In this document: in pieces, positions 1 through 12,882 of the stretch
Layout of the letters: each line of letters opens with the position of its first letter
How positions within the stretch are numbered: the stretch's first letter is position 1
Source of the DNA: Octopus sinensis
Taxonomy: Eukaryota
NCBI RefSeq assembly: GCF_006345805.1
Contig: NC_043012.1
Span: forward strand, 25,978,001 to 26,042,000
Reading direction: 5' to 3'
Length of the DNA stretch: 64,000 bases
The notes under the pieces: model-generated
The model's database searches: none
Seen by the model: the letters and a program-made list of their open reading frames with translations, nothing else
Told to the model about the DNA's origin: nothing
Made by a program: the position numbers and the translations under genes

Positions 1-82
1 AAATAAAGGAATAAAAGAATGTACACACACAACATATATATGTCTGCATAATGTATTAAAATTATATATATATATGTATGTT

Positions 83-335
83 GAAGCGTGTGGCTTAGTG
101 GTTAGGGTGTCAGCTCCATGATTGTAAGATTGTGGTTTCTATTCCTGGACCGGGCGACGCGTTGTGTTCTTCAGTAAAACACTTCATTTCACATTGCTCC
201 AGTCCACTCAGCTGGCAAAAATGCGTAACGCTGCGATGGACTGGCGTCCCGTCCAACTGGGAAATACATACGCCATAGAAACCGGGAAACCGGGCCCATG
301 AGCCTGGCTAGGTTTTAAAAGGGCGCCTTTATTTT
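83..335 (+). mobile_element. tRNA-derived SINE (family D head, tail with V-domain-like motif)
   Basis: A-box TGGCTTAGTGG and a degenerate B-box, then central TTGCTCCAGTCCACTCAGCTGGCAAAAATG (also seen antisense at ~24925-24956). The tail GCGATGGACTGGCGTCCCGTCCA..GAAACCGGG ends in an AT tract. Confidence 0.75.
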
Positions 336-2094
336 ATATATATATATGCGTTTACCTATGTATGCCGTAGGAATACACCGTCTAACAGGTGTTTCCTGCT
401 CTTCAAAATTAATACCGTGTGATATGAGGGATATTCCCTAGTATTTCCATCATACAGCCTTTGTATCAAATGAGCGTTTTGTTTTTAATGCAAAACTTTG
501 TATTTCATTTGTACGTGCGTACCTACGTGTATGAGCGCGCGTGTGTATTTGTGTGTATGTATGTGCGTGTGCGTAGCTGCATGCGCACACATGTGTATGT
601 GTGTCTGTGTGTCTGTGTGTGTGTTTTTAATTATGCATAATCCAAATATTTTTTTCGTCGTTCTCTTTGTGAATGTAGAACAGAAAGTATTTCATGTTAT
701 CATGCGGTTGTCCAGCCCCAAGAGTTTAAATAACCAATGTGAAAGTGTTACAACTGCGAATTAACTAGAAGCAATGAAAAATAGATAAGAGAAAGAGTTA
801 AGCGAATGTCTCACAGTGGCCAACAAACTATCAGTGCACCATATTACTCTCAGTACATGCCAAAAAGGAATATCGATTTCTTCCGATTGGGCAAAATGCC
901 AATAGTGGTTTCTTATTTTATTCTATATATGTTTTATTTCATTTTAGTTTAGTTTATTTTATAGTCGACATGTTAAAGCAGATCGAACTGACCCAGTCTT
1001 TCAACAACCTAATCACTCATCCACTCCATGCATTACTAAACAAGATGTGTGGGGCGGTCGCTAAGAGTCATCCCATCTGCTAGAAACTCCAGCTCACACC
1101 CTACTGTCTCAAAAAATAAAAATGTTTTAAACAACATAGACTTAAAATCTTTGTACGAAGCAGGTGGGATATTGGTTACACAGTTGCAACAATGGATAAA
1201 ATATCTTGCATTACGTTTCCCGATTTTCTGCGAGGACAAATCGTGTTAAGTCATGGGTCTATTAATTACTTTTCCAATTTAAAAAATTCTGAGAAAATGA
1301 AAAATAAGGATAACTGAGCAGTATTTTTGGTAAAAAATATAGTTTTACTATAAACCTCGGAAAGGCTCACATCTCTTAAATATCCTCCGCGACTCTTAAA
1401 TATTTTCGCACATACATTGAGAGACCTACATGGAAAGGGTGAAGACGTTTTAAAACAAATCTGGATATCCTCCTGTAAGAGTTCCGGCTGAACCCACCTC
1501 GCAGCAAGTAACATAGATGAGAGCAGCAAAATCAAACTACCTCATTTTCCAAACGCCACATATCAGAAGAGGTTTAGTGAAAGAGTAGCAAAACAAACAT
1601 CGGTGGCAGAGCATAGCCGCAGCTCTCGAAGTGGAACTAATAAAGTGAAAAAAAACAAACCTTTCTCATGAATTCCATTGGTTGCAATCAGTCCAGTTGA
1701 ACGAAAAATACAGTGATATCAATGCTCCTGCCACGACTGTGTCTTTTGCATAACAATGTTCTTATTTTTTTACTAACGGTGGAGACTTGGTTCAAAATAA
1801 GATCGCTTGATGCTAATGTTCGTTCTGGTAGTCGTGGTTATCAAGGAGGGTCCGGGGTTTCGCACGGTAAGTCATCCGCACACTCCGATCTATATATATT
1901 TCAGCTCTTGGTGATGATAGCGTTTGAAGGGGCAAAGCTTTTTATATATCCTGAATACTCTGACGTGAAGGGGACATCTATCTTTTGTCCTCTCTGGAAA
2001 TTCTTATATACAAAGATATACGCATACATCATGCATACACCTACACAGATTATAAACTGATGCGTGTATGGGAGTGCGTGTGCATATAGATTAG

Positions 2095-2099
2095 TTATA

Positions 2100-2151
<52 letters not shown>

Positions 2152-2206
2152 ATATACATACATACATACATACATATATATATTATATATATATATATAT
2201 ATATAT
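2095..2206. repeat. (TA)n/(TACA)n microsatellite
   Basis: Direct reading; representative of dozens of such tracts in the window. Confidence 0.95.
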
Positions 2207-3068
2207 GCAGAAAATAGAATACATCATAGCGTAATAAAAGTATAAAATACAAAAACAAACACGAACACAAGCAAACAAACAGAAAAATAACACATGAAAT
2301 AAAATCCATATGAAAATAGTCATTCATTCCGAAAGCGAAAGTGAAAGAACATTACGTAAATTTTTATCTGGTTTGACAAAGTCGATGACTGTAAATCATA
2401 ATATATATCATAGTGAGGAAATAGAGCTTGTAAAATTTGATAGACTGTTCTCTCCTGACTCTCAATCGCTTACTTACAATAAATTATTTTTCAGTAGGAA
2501 AATTTGATAAACAGCATTTAACAATCGCTACCGTTAGTTACATAAATAGTAGCATAAATGTTATAAATATACTAAAAATAAAATATCAGATTAAATCAGA
2601 ACAAACCGTTAAGAATGAAAAAAAAAATGGTTTCTAGACATTGATATTTACTACGAAATATTCGCGAAGAATGTGTGATGAGGATTTCGTAATCCCTGTT
2701 GTCTGACTGGTATTTCCCGCGGAGGATGAAATATATAGATCTCGATGAGGGGATTGTATTCGCAATAGTGTGAGGTCGTCAACGGAATAGAGAAAGGAAA
2801 ACCACCACCATTGACAAGACACAGAACGTTGTAACACTAGCATTCAGTGTGTCTGCTGGAAAGGGCAGTCAGCACACATTCAAATAAAACCTAATTATGC
2901 ATAAGATAATGAAGTACTCGATGAATAATGATTGGAAGTATAATAAGATACTGATAGACTGAATGTGTTTGATCGTTTGCATAATCGACTAGACCCGGCT
3001 GGCGGCTGAAGAGCAAACTAAATATTGTTAATAACAACAGCAATGAGATTATTACTTTTACATTTCAT

Positions 3069-3697
3069 GGCGGCGTGTTAACAAACATGTGACCGTTCTG
3101 GGGAAAAAAAAGTTTAGTGGTATTTCATCCATCATAGCACGACGAGCGAAATGCTTAGCGGTATTTCGTCTGCCGTTACGTTCTGAGTTCAAATTCCGCC
3201 GAGGTCGACTCTGTCTTTCAGCCTTTCGGGGTCGATTAAATAAGTACTAGTTACGCACTGAGGTCGATATAATTGACTTAATCCGTCAGTCTGTCCTTGT
3301 TTGTCCCCTCTGTGTTTAGCCCCTTGTGGATAGTAACGACATAGGTATTTCGTCTGCCGCTACGTTCTCAGTTCAAATTCCGCGGAGGTCGACTTTGCCT
3401 GTCATCATTTCGGGGTCGATTAAATAACCACAGGTTACGCACTGGGGTCGATATAATCGACTTACTCCGTGTGTCTGTCCTTGTTTGTCCTCTCTGTGTT
3501 TAGCCCCTTGTGGGTAGTAAGGAAGCAGGTATTTCATCCGTCAGTACTGTCTGAGTTCAAATTCTGCCTTGATCGTCTTAACTTTTCCTTATTTCGCTGT
3601 CCATAAAATAAGTGTTAGTGGAGCACTGGGGTCGGTGTAATCAACTCTTGCTCTCCCTCAAATTTTCTCGCTTTAAACCAAAGTTTGAGACCATTAT
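3069..3697 (+). mobile_element. Nested SINE family A: an old copy interrupted by a 2-unit younger copy
   Basis: Core GAGTTCAAATTCCGCCGAGGTCGACTTTGCCTTTCATCCTTTCGGGGTCGATAAA is repeated. The insert at 3135-3527 is flanked by GGTATTTCATCC(A/G)TCA at 3119-3134 and 3528-3543. Confidence 0.85.
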
Positions 3698-4446
3698 TAC
3701 TGTTACGTTTCTTCATTCATTAGCTAAGGAAAGAAGGGAAAACTGTACTTATGACATTAAAATATATGTCAAGGCTGGTGGGTTCGAATCCGTTGATGAT
3801 TAAATAAAACTTATTTTCAAAGATATTCGCAAAATAAAGTTATATATTATGTGACTACTTCGTGTCTTGAGTCATCATGGCGACAAAGCACCAATAGACC
3901 ATTCTGTGACACGTGAAATATATTTGACATGGATTTTACATTGAAGTATACAAACGAGAATTCCTGTCGTCACCATTTCTCGGTTAGTTACAGACAAGTT
4001 CATCATACCCTTCAAGGCTCACATGGTGCAAAGTGCAGGTCAAATATCGGAAAATATTTTCTCCAACGAATCATTAATTTCTCTAATTTATTACCATTGA
4101 TTTGTGCTTCGTTGTATCAGCGACGAAGGGATGAAAGTCAATGTTGACCTCGATCGGACATTAATTCAGAATGTAAAAAGCCGTAACTGCGTGCCTAAAT
4201 ACCGCAAAACACTTCCATCAATGCACAAACAATTCTGCCGATTTGCTTCAGTGCTTTATGTAACATGCATTAATTTACAATTCTGGAGAAAATGAATGAT
4301 GGAAGAATTTCCAACTAGATTGTGCCTTTGTGTTCGAAGAAACTTTAGCAGTGACAAATGTGCACTTGGGTCCATGGTGCTTTAGCTAATTAGTTAGTCA
4401 GTTCCAAAAGAAGCCAATGTGGAGTTCGATAGTAAAGGCAGGGATA

Positions 4447-4667
4447 AAGTGGCGAGCCAGCAGAATCGTTACCACGCCGGGCAAAATGCTTAGCGGCATT
4501 TCGTCCGACTTTACGTTCAGAGTTCAAATTCCGCTGAGACCACCTTTGCTTTTCGTCTCTTTCGGAGTCGATAAAATGAGTACCATTTCAGAACTGGGAT
4601 CGATTTAATCGACTTGGCCCCTACTCCGTACATGTTGGTCTTGTGCTAAAATTTGGAACCGATATTA
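4447..4667 (+). mobile_element. SINE family A, alternative tail (A')
   Basis: Head GGCGAGCCAGCAGAATCGTTA, B-box-like GAGTTCAAATTCC, family-A core and CTTGTGC..ATTA tail. Confidence 0.8.
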
Positions 4668-5028
4668 GAGGCAAGGAAATATCAATATGGACAGCAGGAG
4701 ATAACACCTTGGCCCTGCAGACTTAATCTAGGAACTAAAGAGAGTTACTCTGCTCGGTAATATGACCTGATATCTGAAATCCAGGTGTGTAGCATCTCTG
4801 GTAGCTAATTCAACTGGTAGCTAATTTATGTCTATGAGGAAAACATATCTTTTCACGTTGCTTCACTTAGCTCAGATGATTATATTCAGTGGTTGCTCTG
4901 TGGGAGGGTCTGAACTGCAATAGAAAGGTGACTGACTCATGTTCCACACAGTTGGACTGAACACGGAACCAGGTGGTTGGGAAGTAAGTTTCTTCCCACA
5001 CAGCCACGACTATATATATTTCTGCGAG

Positions 5029-5430
5029 GGTGGCGAGCTGGCAGAAACGTTAGCACGCTGGGCGAAATGTTTCGTCTGCCGTTACTTTCTGAGTTCGAAT
5101 TCCGCCGAGGTTGACCTCGCCTTTATACTTTTGGGGTTGATAAATTAAGTACCAGTTACACACTGGGGTCGATGTAATCGACTTAATTACTTTGTCTGTC
5201 CTTGTTTGTCCCCTGGGCAATAAAGAAATAAGAAACGTTAGCACGCCGGGCGAAGCGCTTAGAGATATTTCGTCTGCTGTTATGTTCTGAGTTCATATTC
5301 CGCCGAGGTCGCCTTTGCCATTCATCCTTTCGGGGTCAATAGATTAAGTACCAGTTACGTACTGGTGTCGATGTAATCGACTGGCTCACTGCCCAAAAAT
5401 TTCGGGCCTTGTGCCAAGAGCAGAAAATTA
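5029..5430 (+). mobile_element. SINE family A dimer (A tail unit followed by A' tail unit)
   Basis: The second unit restarts at 5231 (AGAAACGTTAGCACG) right after the tail AAAGAAATA. Confidence 0.85.
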
Positions 5431-5698
5431 TATATATTTCATTTTTGTACAGTGTATGAACCGAAAGACTCTTTTTATCTATGAAGCTATAATGTGATGC
5501 AGCACATTGAATGTAAAGTGACAGGGGCAAAAAAATGTGGTGTGTACAATTTAAATTAGTTAGAGGGAGAGAGAGCGTAAGTATGTATACATATACACTA
5601 TTTAAGTTATGACTTGGATCGATTCCATGCTACATAAAGGTACGTCAGCTCTCGCCACAACTGGCAGGTGCCAGTTTCTTTCGCATTTTCTCCCAGTC

Positions 5699-5699
5699 G

Positions 5700-5768
<69 letters not shown>

Positions 5769-5779
5769 CTATCTATCTA

Positions 5780-5812
<33 letters not shown>

Positions 5813-5913
5813 CAATCTATCTACCTATCTATCTATTAATCTATCTATCTATCTATCTATCAATCTATCTATCTACCTATTTACATATCTATCTACCAAC
5901 TTAAATATATACG

Positions 5914-5965
<52 letters not shown>
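5699..5965. repeat. (CTAT)n, (TA)n, (TG)n compound microsatellite
   Basis: Direct reading. Confidence 0.95.
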
Positions 5966-5970
<5 letters not shown>

Positions 5971-5984
5971 ATACACACACAATA

Positions 5985-6035
5985 GATAGAACCTCGGCTT
6001 TCCGAAGCCTCTGATCACGAATAAACCGTGCTTTA

Positions 6036-6066
<31 letters not shown>

Positions 6067-6071
6067 ATATA

Positions 6072-6111
<40 letters not shown>

Positions 6112-6168
6112 ATATATATAAAGGACCATTTATTCGCGATCAGAGTTGCTCGAAACCGAGGTACTATA
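5985..6168. repeat. ~35-bp inverted repeats around a (TA)n tract; each arm resembles a hammerhead 3' half
   Basis: ACCTCGGCTTTCCGAAGCCTCTGATCACGAATAAA versus TTTATTCGCGATCAGAGTTGCTCGAAACCGAGGT; the right arm reads GAAAC-CGAG-GTA. Confidence 0.6.
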
Positions 6169-6183
6169 AATATATATGTATAT

Positions 6184-6225
<42 letters not shown>

Positions 6226-7636
6226 ATATATATTATATATATAATATATATATATATTTAGAGAATGCTAGTTATGCCCGGTTCATAGGGTTACCCAGGG
6301 TTCCGTGCCCATACACCGCTTAGTATTATACAGATTTCATCAAACCCCATTCGCCGGTGGTCTACAACCTTCTCTTCAAATTGAATATGACAAGGCCGCT
6401 TGTCTAGTTTTCGAACAACAGGAATAACAAAGATCAAGCACAAGTGATTGCCTCCCTAAGACAATTATCCGAAATCCACACAGTCAGTTTGCACGTCCCA
6501 GGATTTCAAAAGGAAACGCCTGGTAGATTATGTATGCTAATTACTGATGCAGGGTACGTAGGTCTAGACAGACCTCACGAAATATTGTGTCGTTCCGGCC
6601 ATAGCTATTCAGTTTAAATATCCAGAAAATTGAGCGTCAATTTCTTTCAGATATGTGGATCTGCATTCGGTGTGTCAGAGAATCAACAGATCTCAGGCAT
6701 TTCTCTAGAAATAACTTTGATGGAAGCGAGTATTATGGGTAAAGATGTACATGTACAGTTGAAAACATTATACAGCATGTCTTTCTGTACAAAATTTCTA
6801 GCTAACCTACGCTGCTCTTTGAGGCACAGTTACACAGTTCTCCTGATGTGAGAGATCGAAACTATATCTTTCTCATTTCCCCACAACTCAAACAATAATC
6901 ACACCACAAAGTCATTTGTATTATGTTTTACATTTTAATTAATTTCTGAATTGACTATGTATTATCCAATGCATTTTTAGAGGTGTTTTTACTGTTATGT
7001 CTAGCATGCAAAATTACTTGATAGGGCTTCTTCGTTACATCGAAAAGTAATATTTACCTTATAAATTTCAGCTAATTTATTGCCTGGAATCAGGTTTGAT
7101 TTTCACGTATAAAAGTTTTAAATATGTAAACTTGAGGGGACAAGTATCCTTCTCCCAGTTAAACACGAACCCACATAACAAATTTTAAAATATTCATCGC
7201 TACATGAACAAAAACAATATTGCTGGTGTGCAGTTTTGTTACATATAAGACAGAGAGCAGCTGAAAGGATTTATCAGCAAAATTATTCTTAAAGTAAAAG
7301 GAAACAAAATGGACGTAAATATAAAGTCATACGGTTTATAGTAAGATGAAAACAGCGGAAAGAAACTGATAAAACTAGTCGAAAGGTCATCCATATTTAT
7401 GTATGAGACACTATTGTCGTCGCAAGTCGTAAATACAGACACACACACACACACACACTCATATATATATATATATATATATATGCACATAGATAGTATA
7501 TATACATACATATATGTATATCATACATATTAGATATACTTATAGATGTATATATATATAATATATATATATATGTGGGTGTGTGTGTGTGTGTTGTGTG
7601 TGTGTGTGTGTGTTGTGTGTTTTGTGTGGGTCTATG

Positions 7637-7675
<39 letters not shown>

Positions 7676-8557
7676 AACTGTGTGTGTGTGCTCTTGTATG
7701 TGCGCTTGTGAAGTTGGATTGATGTACTGTGTGTATGTATGTTTAGTATATAGTATAGAAGAGTAGCTATTTTTCGAAAGTCATATGTAATAGGTGGCCA
7801 TTTTAGGGATTTATAACGCTGCAATCTCAGAAACCTGATGAGGACTACCCACAAATAATGTTATCTTCAGCTGTCAACTATATTCTATTTCAATAAACGT
7901 CTGTAGAAAATACTAACTATGGCAACAATATGATTTAAACTTTAGCATAGTTCCCTTAGTTTGCTTTCAAAATGATATCGTATCACATTCGCATATATAA
8001 CAAGCGCTAAGTGTGTGTTTTTATGTGTGTTCGTTTATCACTTCATATTCCTTCATTCTTTTATTCTTTTATCGTTTTATTACTTCTGCTGGATTTAGTT
8101 ATTGCTGTACGTTTATGGCAATGTTTGTGTGGTGTATTGAAGGGCGTGTTTTTAGTTTTCATGTATATGTAAGAATATTTATTTGTGTATTGTAACTGTC
8201 TTATTTGCGCGTGTTTGTTGAATTAGTGTAAATTATGTATGTGAAATAAAGGGGCATAACTTCCCCTAGTCTCGGAGGTAAATATATAACACAGAGGCCT
8301 ACTTACAACGACACACATTCACATACAGTTATATACATACCTATATATATATAATCATATGTACATAGACACACACATATGCGTACGTTTATGTATGTGT
8401 GTGTGTATAGGCTGCTTTGATTAAATGTTTATATACAAATACGTATGCAAGCATAAACTGACACACAATATGCATACATGCATACCTGCATGCATACATT
8501 CATCTATACGTGTATATATTTATACATACACACACACCTCACACACACACAATACAC

Positions 8558-8592
<35 letters not shown>

Positions 8593-8627
8593 ACATATTA
8601 TATATATATATATATATATATATGTAT

Positions 8628-9011
8628 GAGTGGCTGTGTGATAAGTAGCTTGCTTAACACCCACATGGTTCCGGGGATCAGCCCTCTGCGTGGCATCTTG
8701 GGCAAGTGTCTTCTAATATAGCTTCGGTCTGGCCAAAGCCTTGTGAGTGGTTTTGGTAGACGGAAACTGAAATGTAAATATCTGTGTGTGTGTGTGTTTG
8801 AGTGTCTGTGTTTGTCCCCCTCCCCCTCAACATCACTTGACAACAGTTGCTATTGTGTTTACGACCCCGTAATTGAGCGGTTGGCAAAAGAGACCGATAG
8901 AATAAGTACTAGGCTTACAAAGAATAAGTCCTGGGGTCGATTAGCTCGACTAAGGTGGTGTTCCAGCATGGCCGCAGTCAAATGAATGAAACAAGTAACA
9001 GAGTAGAAGAG

Positions 9012-9013
<2 letters not shown>
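8628..9013 (+). mobile_element. SINE family B (CORE-like, internal (TG)n)
   Basis: tRNA-like head TGGCTGTGTGATAAG..GGTTCCGGG, CORE-like CTTGGGCAAGT, and tail CCAGCATGGCCGCAGTCAAATGA..AAACAAGT. Confidence 0.85.
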
Positions 9014-9078
<65 letters not shown>

Positions 9079-9118
9079 ATATATATATATATATATATAT
9101 ATACATATGTATATATTG

Positions 9119-9180
<62 letters not shown>

Positions 9181-9819
9181 CATTTGTAATGTCTGTGTGT
9201 GTGTGGTGCGCATATGTATGTATATGTATTTTTTATGTTTAATATTTACGTAAACCTAGATTTATACGTGAATGTATTATATGCTAAATTGCAGTTTAGT
9301 CATTCTTTTAAATAAGGGTTTCTCATGTTTGCTGGTTGACCTTTAATATTCCCTTTGGGATGTTATCGTTCCGAAATACTTAATAAAAACAATATCAGAC
9401 CAATTATGTTGAAAGAGAACCCATTTCAAAATCTACGCACAAGGAAAACCCGCGAACATACATGCAAACTAACATATCAGCATATACATAATGTATGCGT
9501 GTGTGTGCCTTTATATCTGTGTGTGTGTGTTGTGCCTCTGTTCTCTCTCTGTCGGTGTGTGCGCGCGCGTATGTGTGTAAGTATGTGCGCATTTGTATCT
9601 ATGTATCAATATACAGTCTTGAAACGAGCGTCGATCAGAAAACCAGTATTTATAGACATTTTAATTTATGTATACAATCGTGGAAAAGCTGTGCCAGTTA
9701 GATTTTCCCCAGAGAAAATTTTCAAAGAGACTTCGCTGATAAAAAGACACATTAAAAAAGACTTCTACATGTGTGTTAATCTGGTCTGGCACTCCGTCGG
9801 TTTCGACGACGTGTGTTTC

Positions 9820-10355
9820 TTATTTACATTATTCACATTATTTACATTTGACGGATATTTTTCCTCATCTCGTTTGTTAACACAACGTTTCGGTTGATAT
9901 ACCTATTTCTTTATTACCCACAAGGGACTAAACATAGAGGGGACAAACAAAGACAGACACAGGTATTAAGTCAATTACATCGACCCCAGTGCATAACTGG
10001 TACTTAACTTATCGACCCCGAAAGGATGAAAGGCAAAGTCGACCTCGGCGGAATTTGAACTCAGAACGTAAAGACAGACGAAATACCGCTAAGCATTTCG
10101 CCTGGCATGCTAACATTTCTGCCAGCTCACCACCTTTCGGTTGATATACCCTCCAGCTTTCATCAGGCGTCTTGAGAAAATTTCGAACCTGGGTTCTCAT
10201 TCTTAAGGTATTTTTCAATGTTGTTGTTGTTATTATTATTATTATTATTATTATTCAGGTCACTGACTGGAATCGAACTCGGAATCTTGGGATTAGTAGC
10301 CCGCGCTCTTAACCATTACGCCCACGGGCATATGGCGTAGTTAAGAGCGCAGGCT

Positions 10356-10360
<5 letters not shown>
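9820..10360 (-). mobile_element. tRNA-headed short element carrying a minimal hammerhead motif, interrupted by SINE A
   Basis: Minus strand reads GGGCGTAATGG..GTTCGATTCC head, (AAT)n, then GACGC-CTGATGA-AAGCTG..CAACC-GAAAC-GTT-GTGTT after removing the insert, then an (AATGTRAAT)n tail. An inverted partial head lies at 10326-10360. Confidence 0.7.
9904..10134 (-). mobile_element. Full-length SINE family A with 16-bp TSD
   Basis: TTTCGGTTGATATACC occurs exactly at 9888-9903 and 10135-10150. Confidence 0.92.
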
Positions 10361-10396
<36 letters not shown>

Positions 10397-10489
10397 CAAC
10401 AACACAACAATGTCAAAAAATTTCTCATCTTTTAAATATAGAACTGGATGAGTGTTCCTGTTAATATAATCAAATGAACAGTCTGTTAC

Positions 10490-10726
10490 TAACAGTAACG
10501 GCACAGTCGCCGAGTACTCTTCAAAAACGTATACATTCAACGTAATTTTCAGGGAGATTGAGCTAGGCGTGACAGAGCTTGGGTTTTTAAATACTGATTT
10601 TTGCCAGTTGAATGGGCTGGACCATCGAGAAGTAGCGGTCTTTGCTGAATGACACAACGCGTTTCCATGAATCGAACTCACGTTCTTACGGTAGGGTGTC
10701 GAATATCTTAACCACTAGAACGTGCT
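10490..10726 (-). mobile_element. Degenerate SINE family D
   Basis: TTTTTGCCAGTTGAATGGGCTGGA and GAATCGAACTC..TTAACCACTAG match the D head/core antisense. Confidence 0.55.
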
Positions 10727-11056
10727 CGGTAGAAGGATGAATCTAAGCTGTTTAAAAAACATTCATGAAATCACTGCTCGATTGCTAGACGTGATTTTCC
10801 GGTTTACTTTAGTCTGCTTCGTAACAAAACACAACCTAAAGCTTTCTCAGAATTTAGTAAATATTTTATTTACCAAATTCTGAATCTCTAAATCGCAAAA
10901 AAAAGAAACGTATCGTAACATATCAGGCGATGCGTTGCTATACTGGGTAAAGCAGTGTTTATTATTAATAGAACAGAAGACACTTGGATAACATTTAAAT
11001 ATTTCAGCTCGTGCCGATCTACGTTCCCGCTATTGCAAATTATATACATATATATA

Positions 11057-11098
<42 letters not shown>

Positions 11099-11380
11099 CA
11101 TATATATATATATTTCTTCTAAAACTATGTCATTGTATGAAAAAAAATTATAACATTCTTCAGACATATTGACTCCAATATATATTTTTAAACCTTTAAA
11201 ACAACCCCTTCTGTAGTTTTTTTCACTTTTTACTATTATATATATATATATATATATATACATATCTAATAATAATAATATAATAATAATAATATTAGGG
11301 AGTAAATCCAAACTTACAGGGAAAAATTAGATTTAGGATTAAATCTAATTTTATAGTATAAATATACATATATTAAATTG

Positions 11381-11757
11381 AATTAGAGATAAAACCGCTA
11401 TTAGGCAAATCAAACGGTGAAAATCATAAGCCAATACATAGAATTAAAATTAATTAATAAAATATATAAAAAATATAAAATATAAAATTCCAAGTTAAAA
11501 TATTAAAATTAAAGTTAAGATTTAAAAAATTATTTAAAGTAATAATTTAAACTTATAAAATTTAAATATATATATATAAATATATTTTATTATTTTTTTA
11601 TTTATTTATTTATTTTTTTATATAACTATCAAAAGTATTAAAAGTTTACTATAAGATAAAGAGTAAAACCACTTTATCTTATATTAAACTTTTAATACTT
11701 TTTAGTTATTAATTAAAAAAAAAAAAAAAAAAAAAAAAAATAATAATAATAATAATA

Positions 11758-11814
<57 letters not shown>

Positions 11815-12003
11815 TATATTAAATTTTATAAGTTTAAATTATTAATTTAAATAATTTTTTAAAATCGTAACTTTAATTTAAATATTTCAATTTGGAATTT
11901 TATATTTTATATTTTTTATATATTTTATTAATTATTTTATTTCTATGTATTGGCTTATGATTTTCACTGTTTGATTTGCCTAATAGTGGTTTTATCTCTA
12001 ATT
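11381..12003. repeat. AT-rich nested foldback (about 195-bp outer arms plus an inner hairpin)
   Basis: 11381-11578 is an imperfect reverse complement of 11811-12003; inner hairpin at 11622-11709. Confidence 0.85.
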
Positions 12004-12005
12004 TA

Positions 12006-12060
<55 letters not shown>

Positions 12061-12069
12061 TGTGTGTGT

Positions 12070-12882
12070 AAAGCCGCTTGGCACAAATTGACCGTGACGA
12101 CTGCTGTGCATGCGCACTAAGTTTTACCGTTGTAGATTACGTCCACAGTTTACAGCAATACTTGGAAGGAAGGTGTGTAGCGTGTGATCATCGCATTAAT
12201 TCATAACAGAGAGAATTGAGCAGAGAATCTGCATCAACTTTTACCAAAAGCTTGGCAATACCTGCTCAGAGACCCACACCAAAGTTTTCCAAAGTATTCA
12301 ATCGTTCTCGAAGCAATCAAAGAGAACATGTGTAAGAGAAAACCGAATGTCTTTTTGATTAGCTGAAAGCCGTTTTGGCCCAAACTTGGCAGGTACGCGT
12401 CTCATATCCAAAGATTAAGGACTGAACTGAACCGTAACTAATCTGCACATCCTCTGATAACTCACGATTGGTGATTCGATGATTTCCCCTCACAGCTGTA
12501 CGCACATCTGCGATGTTTTCTCAGTTCTGTTCGTTGCAGTTCTCTCAAAAGGTTCGTAAGTATAAACATTTTTCGGCCATCTTGGAAACGTCTAAACCAC
12601 ACGTACAATCCTCGACAAAACTTTTTCTGCAACTTTGCGTAGTCCTCTGAGCAGGTTTGGCCGTGACAGATTTCTCTGTCAGAGTCAGTGGGACGATCAC
12701 ACGCTACATACCTTCCTTCTAAGCACTGCTGTAAACAGCACAAGTGCGCTGGAAAGTTAAAAGATAGCGTGCATGCACTGCTGGGTTCACAGTCAATCTT
12801 TGCTAAGCGGCTTTTCTCTACGTGCTTTAGTTCCGTTACTATAGCAACAGTCCGTATACTTACCTATCGATCAGACCTCGTA
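12070..12882 (-). mobile_element. Mariner-family transposon remnant with inverted duplication of its 5' part
   Basis: The TIR-like end reads TACGAGGTCTGATC.. from 12882. Minus-strand peptides are TCSEDYAKLQK..VWFRRFQDGR and NHRITNRELSEDVQISYGSVQS..MRRVPAKFGPKRLS. A plus-strand copy at 12070-12290 encodes ERIEQRICINFYQKLGNTCSET. Confidence 0.85.

Noticed and set aside
1000-1800. Complex sequence; possible C-type lectin exon (ORF 1266-1535) or L1/Tx1 remnant
   Set aside because: Only short suggestive motifs; no conserved cysteine/WIG pattern or RT motifs can be supported.
1955-2005. CTGACGTGA-AGGGGACA..TGTCCTCT-CTGGAAA hammerhead-like hairpin
   Set aside because: The core has insertions and there is no stem I or III.
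6380-6850. Possible ancient RLE LINE remnant on the minus strand (RHN and WDVQTD-like words)
   Set aside because: Too degenerate without an alignment.
7830-7925. CTGATGAGGACTAC hammerhead 5' half
   Set aside because: No matching stem II strand or GAAAC/GUH found.
10255-10325. Possible functional tRNA gene
   Set aside because: The acceptor stem does not pair and it runs into a repeat body, so it is treated as a SINE head.
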